Below, piece by piece: positions 1 through 10,588 of a stretch of DNA of 35,150 nucleotides; the first letter of the stretch is position 1; every line of letters starts with the position of its first letter. The notes beneath the pieces were generated by a model. The model had not been told where the DNA came from. It searched no databases and worked only from the letters and a program-made list of their open reading frames with translations. The translations under genes and the position numbers were made by a program. The stretch spans positions 1 to 35,150 of the forward strand of contig NW_014040265.1 in the NCBI RefSeq assembly GCF_001186125.1, in the 5' to 3' direction. The stretch is from Sphaeroforma arctica JP610 (Eukaryota).

Positions 1-39
<39 letters not shown>

Positions 40-143
40 CATTGCAATAAGAGCTTCGTGCCAGAGTGTCAACATAGCGCCCCAGCTTTGCAGCCACCGA
101 TGCTGAAATATAGCTCACCGCGTACGGTACTGCGCGGACTGTG

Positions 144-336
144 TAAAAGTGGTTTTATATACTGATACATAGATATGTAAAACTAGTGGTTTCATATACT
201 GATACATAGATATTCAAAAGTAGTGGTTATATATACTCATACATAGATATTTAAAAGTAGTGGTTTCATATACTAATACATAGACATTTAAAAGTAGTGG
301 TTTTATATACTGATACATAGATATTTTAAAGTAGTG
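144..336. repeat. 37-bp minisatellite, about 5 copies
   Basis: TAGTGGTTTYATATACTGATACATAGATATTTAAAAG recurs at 184, 221, 258, 295 and 332 (partial). Confidence 0.95.
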
Positions 337-2163
337 AGTATCTGCTGCAGGGTGCCCATTTTGCAAGAGAGTGTGGTCTTATGTTGCAGCCATCAGTGCT
401 CAATGATGGGGACCACCGCACATGATAATTCATGGTAGGTAGTCTGATCATGCGCCTGATATTTGGTGTGTTGGTGCCAAAGCATCTACTACTGTTAAAA
501 CAGCTGTAGCTGAGTGAAGACGGATGAATCCATGAAGAGAGAGAGTCCACTGATATAGAGCAACTTTCACACAAATATATATATGGGTTGAATCCATATC
601 TGTATAAGAGGGCTATCACATACAACTAGATGCGTGATGTACATGCGAATTTGCACCACGAAAATGTGTGTATAAATTCTGCATTGGAAGGAGGTATACT
701 CGTAGTAGGTATGCAATCCACTTGAATGAGCGGTTGTCACACAATACACGCCAGTATTCATCATCGAACGGATAAATTTGACTACACACAGATGTTGGCG
801 CAGATTTGTGAGATCAATACCGATATGAACTATGTGAAAGGGTACAAGTATCATGCTTACAACCCTTCGTTTTCGAATACCGTTTTTATTAAACAACTAA
901 TTCCAATGCATCTATAACAGTTCACAGTTTCCGTTTGCAAGTCGGCATAAAATAACATAGAATGTAAAGAAGGGCCTGAATACAGATGATTATAATATCC
1001 CACCAGAAGTATAAAGCCCTTGAATTGACCGAATAGGTATGTAACGCACGATTACACCTACAATGCTTACATATACTATACAGCAGCGCTTTTCTTCATC
1101 TACGTACTTGTATGTCTCAAAGGAGAGATATGGCATCATACATGGCATATATAGAACATTTAAAAATCGTTAAATACTAATTAATTCCTAAATGTTAAAT
1201 CCGCTGCCGGGTAGGACGCACCTGAGGTAAGAACCGTGGTGTTTAATACAATAATCTGCAACCACCTAAGTTAAATATTAACTAAAGGCGGCAAAGAGTG
1301 TACGAAAAAACACGTACAATAATTGGCTTGCTACAGGTTCATCTTTCCGGAAAGAGTACTGTCACGAATATGTGTAGGTCACGAAACACTCGGACGAGCC
1401 TAAAACCTAAGAGGTCCACTCATCGATTTTACTAGTGCTGTAGCACAATGTGGGTTGAAACGCTTTATGCAGTTTATTGCAGCTATGTTCGTCATTAACA
1501 TTCGTGATGTCTTCATGTTTATCTATGCTGAACAACGGTTGTAGTTAACACGATCTCGAAGCTAGTGTATAAAGTTCTTACGCGTATGTACTTACAATGC
1601 AGATGAAAGATTGCCCCAACTGCCAGAAGACATGCCGCGGCGTTCAGGACCTTGCTGTCGATGGAAGACATCATTCTAAATTTATGTTCAAATCGGATAT
1701 GCGTTTAAAGATATTAATCAATCTCGATATACCGATGGGTCTGGTCTATGAAGTAGGTAGTTGACCCCTGTATCGGTGGTGTATACGTTAGACGCGTTAA
1801 ACAACTAACAGTTTATTACTATTCTTATGTCTATGTATGTAATAGGGTATAGGCGGTACTACACGGAGTATGTAATAAATACAAAACCCATGTATTTACA
1901 AGTTTACAACATACACACGTAAGACTATTTAGTATTTACCAGAATATCCAGTACATATGTTGTTCAATTTTCAGAAGGCCGCGATATGTATTTATACGTA
2001 AATACAGCTGTATTTACACATATGTGATATGTATGGATGTACATATGTACATTTTTATATAGTTGTTTTATTTGAAAAAAAATCAAAGTACATATTTATA
2101 ATAAATAAATAGCAGTCAAAGTCAGTCGCCTGTCACAAGTGTCGTGTCACTCCACATGTCAAC

Positions 2164-2306
2164 TTTGGCCCGCCAAAACCTGTGCAATTTTTGCACCAAT
2201 CAGATCCTTAAAATAGAAAAATTCCGGAAAAAGCAAACAAAATACGTGTCGCATAAATAGTCGACTCTAAAGTCTAAAGGCAATGGGGCAAAAAACTCAT
2301 ATAAAG
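2164..2306 (+). promoter_or_regulatory. Putative PPID promoter
   Basis: Contains a palindromic E2F-like TTTGGCCCGCCAAA (2164-2177), CCAATCAG (2196), an imperfect heat-shock element AAAAATTCCGGAA (2217-2229) and a TATA-like CATATAAAG (2298). All lie within 220 nt of the ATG. Confidence 0.4.
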
Positions 2307-2382
2307 ACGATATACACTCACCTCATCGCCTCATAATCCCACTATAACGTATTAGAATATTTTTCAGTCGATCGTAGCTAAA

Positions 2383-4330
2383 ATGCCTGAAGCAGTTACT
2401 AATCCCCATGTTTTCTTCGACATTACCATCGGAGGGGTGCCTGAGGGCCGTATTGTGATGAAGCTGTGTGCAGACACTGTGCCCAAGACATGCGAGAACT
2501 TCCGAGCACTATGTACAGGTATGATGCTATGGTGTATTACAGTTTGTAGTTTTCTGTGAAGGTGCATCTGGTTTTTGCTGTAGTGTGTTTATATATGAAT
2601 AAATTGTTAAATTTTTACTATCACTATTAAGTACGTTTGGCATGGACTTTCGCTTAATGAGCTGTCTTTGTGTTGTCAGTATGCGTTTGGTCTACAGTGT
2701 AGCATATTGCCTGAAGGAAAGTAGTCTTTTCTACCGGGCAAATGATTTTTTTATTAGATTTATTTTGCGCGCATCTAATGGTGTTACGGACTTGAGCTCG
2801 TTGCGGTACTTGAAATTTTTTTTTTTTCTATAGAGTTATATAATCGTGTCAACATGTGTTTAAAAATTGCCGAAACAATATTGCCACACAAGCAGCTGCA
2901 ATAAACTTCAGAAGTCACGCGTCTAGACGCCTCGTAATCCCAACTGTAACAATGAAAAATTATCGTTAGATTAAGTGACACTCAACCAAGCATGGTGCCG
3001 AAATAGCGCGCACACATGTGTATATAAACACCCATAGATTGATATAAATATTCCTTTTTTATGTCATTAACCATCGTTAGAGAATGTGTAGTATTTACGC
3101 TTCAATAAAAAGACCCACCTACCGAAATGATTTGATTTGACGGGCACGGTCTTAGACTTTGAATCTCGTTCACTTCAATCGATATTCACGTATTCCGAAA
3201 TGTTTCTATGTATGGGTGACAAGGGAAATATTATGCCAGACAGGCTTCTGCACTACACATACTTGCTGTTTCATTGATTTTTGAAACAGTTACTGTGGAC
3301 AAACACCTTCGTATTAGATTAGATTCTGTTTCCAATACGTATTTTCACTTCTCCATGCCTTGGCTCACTTTATATATCACTTACTTCATACACAGGTGAG
3401 AAGGGTACAGGACAATCAGGTAAGCCTTTGCACTACAAAGGCTCGCTTTTCCATCGCGTTATCAAGCAGTTTATGCTGCAGGGCGGTGACTTCACAGCTG
3501 GCAATGGAACCGGCGGTGAGTCTATCTACGGCGAAAAGTTCGAGGATGAGAACTTTGTACGCAAGCACACCCGTCCCGGTTTGCTGTCAATGGCTAATGC
3601 GGGACCGGGTACCAACGGCAGCCAGTTCTTCCTTACCACCGTAGCAACCCCTCACTTGGACGGTAAGCACGTGGTGTTTGGTGAGGTCGTGAAAGGTATG
3701 GGTCTTGTGCACATGATTGAGAACCTCGAAACGTCCTCGGATAAGCCGTTACAGGATGTGGTGATTGAGGACTGTGGTGAGATTGCTGAGGGTGAGGATA
3801 TGGTAGGTAAGCCCGATGGTTTGGACGTTTATGGCGATTGGCCCGAAGACCAACCCGAGCTGACTACAGGTGACCTTGTGGCCGCTGCGGAGGCAATTAA
3901 GTCACAGGGAAACACATACTTCAAAGAAGGCGAGTATGCCCAAGCGATCAGGAAGTACACCAAGAGTCTAAGATACACCGCAAAGGCCGATGCCAGCGCG
4001 GAGGCGACCAAGGTATCGACTGCGTGCCTGTTAAACAGAGCTGCATGCAACCTGAAGACGCCCGGCAAGTCAGCCTCGGTTGTGACTGATACTACGAAAG
4101 TCGTGGAGAGCGATTGCACCAATGTCGACAAGGCTAAAGCACTATATAGACGCGCACAGGCGTACAACACACTCAAGCTATCTGAGGATGCTGTTAAGGA
4201 TCTGAGCGAGGCACACGCACTGATCCCAGAGGATAAGGGAATCTCTAACTTGCTGACCAAGACAAAAGCGAAGCTGGCAGCAGCGGAAAAGAAACAGCAG
4301 ATGCTATACGCGAAGATGTTCTCTTCGTAA
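2383..4330 (+). CDS. PPID: Peptidyl-prolyl cis-trans isomerase D / cyclophilin-40 (cyclophilin domain + TPR), join(2383..2518,3396..4330), 356 aa
   Basis: Exon 1 reads [47 protein letters not shown] phase-1 intron (GTATGA...CACAG, 2519-3395) follows. Exon 2 reads [32 protein letters not shown]...[15 protein letters not shown]...[11 protein letters not shown], with the divergent loop and the His at the CypA W121 position typical of Cyp40. An acidic linker and TPR helices follow ([42 protein letters not shown]), ending YAKMFSS. Confidence 0.97.
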
Positions 4331-4817
4331 ATCATTTATAAAATATATTAAGCACCTTGTATCTGGATATCTTTGGTCCTTACTTGTTTGCTGGTGTTTG
4401 TATCATTGACATGCTAATACTAGCTGGTGGCTGCACACATGTGCATGTATGTATCTGTATTGGTTATGAGAATCACAGGTTTCAGATAGCGTGGCATATC
4501 GTACATGCGCGGCATAGCATTTTGCGGAAGCTATTTATTGAAAGATGACATGAAAACAAGTGTATCAATGTTGATCCAAGTGCAACAGGAGTCTGCATGG
4601 CGTACGGAATATTCGTGCATTCTTCAGCGAGAAATAAATGGAGTACACAGTACAATCGAAGCCCTTTAATGTCCCGAAGTGGGATAGGGTTAGAGATACA
4701 TATAACGACCGCGGGGTTAAGGGTACCAACATAAAGGAGTGGTAAAATCCTATGTCCTCATGTACAAGCACTGTCAATCAAAAGTTTGGTTCATTAATTT
4801 GCTATGTAGATGTGCTG

Positions 4818-5270
4818 NNNNNNNNNNNNNNNNNNNNNNNNNNNNNNNNNNNNNNNNNNNNNNNNNNNNNNNNNNNNNNNNNNNNNNNNNNNNNNNNNNN
4901 NNNNNNNNNNNNNNNNNNNNNNNNNNNNNNNNNNNNNNNNNNNNNNNNNNNNNNNNNNNNNNNNNNNNNNNNNNNNNNNNNNNNNNNNNNNNNNNNNNNN
5001 NNNNNNNNNNNNNNNNNNNNNNNNNNNNNNNNNNNNNNNNNNNNNNNNNNNNNNNNNNNNNNNNNNNNNNNNNNNNNNNNNNNNNNNNNNNNNNNNNNNN
5101 NNNNNNNNNNNNNNNNNNNNNNNNNNNNNNNNNNNNNNNNNNNNNNNNNNNNNNNNNNNNNNNNNNNNNNNNNNNNNNNNNNNNNNNNNNNNNNNNNNNN
5201 NNNNNNNNNNNNNNNNNNNNNNNNNNNNNNNNNNNNNNNNNNNNNNNNNNNNNNNNNNNNNNNNNNNNNN
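4818..5270. other. Assembly gap (others at 8494-8993, 17861-17880, 21691-22464 and 31985-32004)
   Basis: Runs of N. Confidence 1.
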
Positions 5271-5657
5271 TATCTCTTTGTATTTGTACCTTTTCGTGCC
5301 TGTGTTGATTTATTTTTGTCTATGTTTCTAACTGTTTGACTGTCTGCTTGTTTGTACGAGTATTTAGATATAAGGAGAAGCCATTGCAGTCTCAAATATC
5401 TCTTAGTAATGTACTCTTGCTTCTATCCCTGCAAATGCTAAGTACCCGGTGCGATATTGGCTGTGTCTACTAATAGTCTACGCGTGCTTCGGATCATTCC
5501 GGAGTAGCAATCAATAAACGCTTCTTGGGGAAATATTCATCCCTGCAAATGAATTGTATTCGCTAGACTACACAAAATTTGTATTTGCACTTTGTATACA
5601 CCTGTATGTACTGACCAAAATCATAATACAAACTTCGTTTATTCCAGCTATCTTCAG

Positions 5658-8451
5658 ATCAAGACAACCGTAGCAAATACAGAATTCAATTCCAATAGAG
5701 AGCGCGTGCCGCAACAGAATCAGCAGGATACCAACGAAAGAAGTGTCTGGTGTGTGATCATATTGAGTCTCATGTTAGCTCAGATCCTTCTAAACAGACA
5801 AAATACACTACACTTTATAGATTTTTTGTTTTTGCACAAGTTTGTATTATTTGGAGTTCTAAAAGTGGTTCCTTTCTCGGATTTGTACTTGGTAGTGTCT
5901 GCCGAGCTGTCTGTGTTCTCCGTTGCTGTTTGGGTACCGGACTGTACTTCTACTCGCAAGCCAACACCGAATAGTTGTGGCATCCTTTTCAAGCATACGT
6001 TTTTGCATAATCCTCTACTCAGGGATAGATATGTGGACACAGCGGACTCGCACTTGTACGACGAAATGGACCAGAGAATACTCGATCCCTATACACAAAG
6101 TCGCAAGCAAGATAGAAAGGTGAGTTGTTGCTACTTTAAAGTGTAACGGTGAGTGTATAGGAACGTGAGTGCAACAGCGAGTGTATGCAGAAAAGAGCAC
6201 ATGCATCTGGTCGCAAAGCATGCTATGGCTTGCACAACTACTGACCGTTCAGCTAGGCAAATCAAAGACAAGACTATGTGTATTCTTTTCTGCCATTGAT
6301 GCTCGTGATAAGCTTGATTTCGGTACTGCTTTGCTATACAACTATCAGCATACATACCATTAACGTATCTCATATGGACGTGTTATCTATACACAGACAC
6401 GGCGTTCATAGCTACGGATTCACTCAGCTATGTATACTAATCGTGATCGTCTACATGACTTCTTTTATGACATCGTGTGGTGTGCATAGATTGACATGCT
6501 GCTGGCAAAGAACTTTAGCGACGCCACTGCCCGTGCTCATGCCCATCGCATCTCCGGAACACGTGTCAAAGTCAACACACTCGCGGACCCTGCATATCAG
6601 TATGTTTCAGGAGTTGATAGTTAGAGCAGTCGTGGCTGCGTGTTGGTATATGTAGTATCAATAATCCACATCGTGGGTGTCTATGTAGCCGAAGTGGAAA
6701 GAACCATTTTCACTATGATATCGTGTATGATTATAATACTTCATCTGTATCTCCGCCGAGATGACATGCTGAGTTGTGACTATGGCGATGAAATATTTTT
6801 GAAGTGTTGAACTCGGCCCTTTATTGTTGTATGTGAAAAGCATTGGCGAATGCCCACTCCAACGGCGCCGACTTCTTCGACTCTCTGTGCTGTTCTTGTG
6901 CTATTCCTAACCAATATGGTGGACTGTCATTTGCAATTACATATGCAAAATCACATCAGAAAACGGGTTGTACCGCAGTGGCAACGTGCACAACTGTATA
7001 TGTGTATCTCTACATGAGAGTGTACCTGTGACAAATATAAAAAAGAAGCTTTAGACTGCATTGGTAGGTACGCTACATACCCGTGCACAGACACAGTCAA
7101 ATGTATTTACATCCATGTACGTTTATTCTTATTGTACGACCGTATATGATGTTGAATATCTCTCTGATCTGGATTCTTACCACGCACAGCTGTAACCCTA
7201 AGTCACACGAAGAGGAATGTTCGTTCAACAACATCTGTGTGCTCGACGCCAACAAACCGACCCAGAAATGGTTTGTCTTTGACGAGATGGGCTACAACAA
7301 TACGGTGCCCTTCAATGTGAGTGACTTCCCCCCAATTTAACCTCTATCAAACCATCCACCACAGTTCATTGTCCATCAAACAACAATAGAATGCCTATCA
7401 CGCTATAATATAGTGTTTGTCCCGCTGTAATACCGGTCTGCTAGAGTTTTGGAATATAGGGTTTGGGGTTTAGGGGTCTGCCCACAACCAGGGTCTTGAG
7501 TGAGGGAGATCTCCCCATGGACGAAGCGACCGCTTGTTTCAGCTTGCTCTGATTCTTACTCAATGCTGCACATAAGTGATGCCGACGAGCATTTGGATGC
7601 CCCTAACTTACACTTATATTCAGCGTTTCTCATTTGTACCACGTATAGATCAAACGGATCGGCCGCTCAGTGTTTGACTTGAACATCGATGTGTATCATC
7701 CGAAGACCAACCGGTTTGCGGATATCTTTGGAGGCAGGTACAATCATATTCTGGTTGCAAATTCCATCGCGTTGGAGGTGTTCTGGTTTGACAATCGTTA
7801 ATTACATGCTACGCTGTGTAACACTTTTAGGCGAAGAATAGTTTACCCATGAAATACTGGTTCGTCCGTGTACACTGTGAAAAACCTTTTACTGAGACGA
7901 GCTCGTGTGCGGCTGGAAGGAAGAAACTGATATGCCCCTTTGTAGGAGTGTTTCATCGTATGTTTAACATGTGCTCAAAGTTAACCCAGAGGCAACTCGG
8001 ATTCTACGTTAAGTTCTTTCAGTTTTAGATGCCGCTTTAAAATACCCACATGCAATGTAAAGTGAGCAGCATTCAGTGGATACGCATGCTTTTGTTCGGT
8101 GTATTTCATTCTATCGGACCAAAAGTGTTGGAAACAATTACCATTAGTATTGTAACACACACAAGATTTATATTGTCTATCCACTGAAGATGAGGTGTTA
8201 ATACTTCTTTTTAACAGCGACATCCACTACATCGAGGATAATGTCCATATGTTCAACATACAGTACGGCCATCGATACTACATCTATCTACGAGGTGTGT
8301 CCGTGTGCATATTCAACGTTGTGTACTTTCTTGTGAGGATACTCTCTCACAAACCTCAGCAGAGTTGATCACACACACACATATATATATAGATATATAT
8401 ATATATATACGTATATGTTTACGTATATGCATATAAATACACACACACACC

Positions 8452-8492
<41 letters not shown>

Positions 8493-10555
8493 GNNNNNNN
8501 NNNNNNNNNNNNNNNNNNNNNNNNNNNNNNNNNNNNNNNNNNNNNNNNNNNNNNNNNNNNNNNNNNNNNNNNNNNNNNNNNNNNNNNNNNNNNNNNNNNN
8601 NNNNNNNNNNNNNNNNNNNNNNNNNNNNNNNNNNNNNNNNNNNNNNNNNNNNNNNNNNNNNNNNNNNNNNNNNNNNNNNNNNNNNNNNNNNNNNNNNNNN
8701 NNNNNNNNNNNNNNNNNNNNNNNNNNNNNNNNNNNNNNNNNNNNNNNNNNNNNNNNNNNNNNNNNNNNNNNNNNNNNNNNNNNNNNNNNNNNNNNNNNNN
8801 NNNNNNNNNNNNNNNNNNNNNNNNNNNNNNNNNNNNNNNNNNNNNNNNNNNNNNNNNNNNNNNNNNNNNNNNNNNNNNNNNNNNNNNNNNNNNNNNNNNN
8901 NNNNNNNNNNNNNNNNNNNNNNNNNNNNNNNNNNNNNNNNNNNNNNNNNNNNNNNNNNNNNNNNNNNNNNNNNNNNNNNNNNNNNNNNNNNNNTAATACT
9001 ATATATATTTATATATATATATATATATATATATAGCTAGCAGCGTTCTGTCTGGTTGCTGAGCTTAATGGGTAAGGCAAGCAATGTCTCAATGCAGTGC
9101 ATACAACTAGTCTAAATCAAATGAGCATGCTGAGTTACTTTATTTGACATTTTTGGCGTCGAGTTTCTGCCTAATATATGTGCAACTATCAGGAGGGACA
9201 TAATTAAAAATTCAGTAGCATAGTATCTCTCAAATGTCCGCGTAGTAGGAATCACCTTGAGCTACGTGTATCCGAAGTAACTCTGAATTATGTCTCGTCG
9301 AGCAAAGTTTGCTGAAAACGAGCCCTAGTTTATACATTACGGAACTGTTGTCGTTGCCTGGGCAGCGCTGTGTTTGCTGAAGTCCATCGAGGAGCGCTCG
9401 AAGAAAGATTTTTACCACATACTTTACATGACACACTACGGCGATGGAGTTGAAGCCCTACGAAGCCTACACTACTTCGAAACGAAGCAGGCTACATTGT
9501 TTGACGTGTTCACTTATAAGGACGAACCTTTGGGAACGTTTCCTTCGGCGTTGAGGTGTGTTTTGAATATGAAAGAAGGAGTAAATGAGATGGTCAATGG
9601 TATATGCGCTACATGTGTGTTCTCGAGAGTCTCACGGAAACTTGTACATTGAAGGGGTTGGTGGAGTGATACATACACATTTGAATATTAACCTTTTTTT
9701 AGTTGATACTGTACTAGGTACGATAAATTATCCTTCACAAGTAGTGGTGTGTATGAGGATGATGCGAATTGCATATGTATGATGTATCCGCATAGGGATG
9801 CAAGGATATCCCCATAATACTTCGATTCTGAATTACCAAATTATATAACACTTTCAAACATAGACGAACAATTTCGATGGTGTACCTAGTTTTGACGGTT
9901 TGCTTAGCATATGAGCATGCCCACATACCCGTATACCTGATATAAATATACTCATACACGCTCGCTCCCATTCACCCTAATGACATACAGTGACACCAAA
10001 GAGCGGGTAGTTTGCTTCAAGAATCTATTTCTTCAGTACGACGCCAATCTCACGGCATCTCTCCAGCAGGCGGAATCCATGGAGGCGTATCTTAGCAGCC
10101 GCTATATACAGAACAGTCCGTACCATAAGTTCAATCTTAAAGCACTGGTCGACCTGGCTCCAAGGTGTGCAGGGGTTTGATTTTAATACATTGTGTGATT
10201 GTACGTGTATGATTGATTGTTTGTATGCATATTTACCAGTGGCGTATCTTTGGGTATATCTGTGGGTGTATGTACGCATGCTAAATAATCGCAGTCATAC
10301 CATCTTGTTCAAGCCATTGGTCAATTTTTATGAAAAATACTTTTGTATAATCTTTTTGTATTTCGGGACTTCATATTATTAGGCTCCTGCTTGTTTCAAA
10401 ATTATCTACATCCCCCGGCTCTGCAAAGTTTTCTGTATCATTTCAATGGTAGACATTGTTAACAGTCGCGATTTAGCTATACAGACTTAGATTGTCACTT
10501 GGTGTGACCCATAGTGTTTTGGGCACCCATACGACTAAACCAATTCCTCTCATAT

Positions 10556-10588
<33 letters not shown>

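Noticed and set aside
326..917. Short overlapping ORFs at the window start
   Set aside because: No family signal or consistent splice chain.
3829..4335. 168-aa minus-strand ORF
   Set aside because: Antisense shadow of the PPID TPR region.
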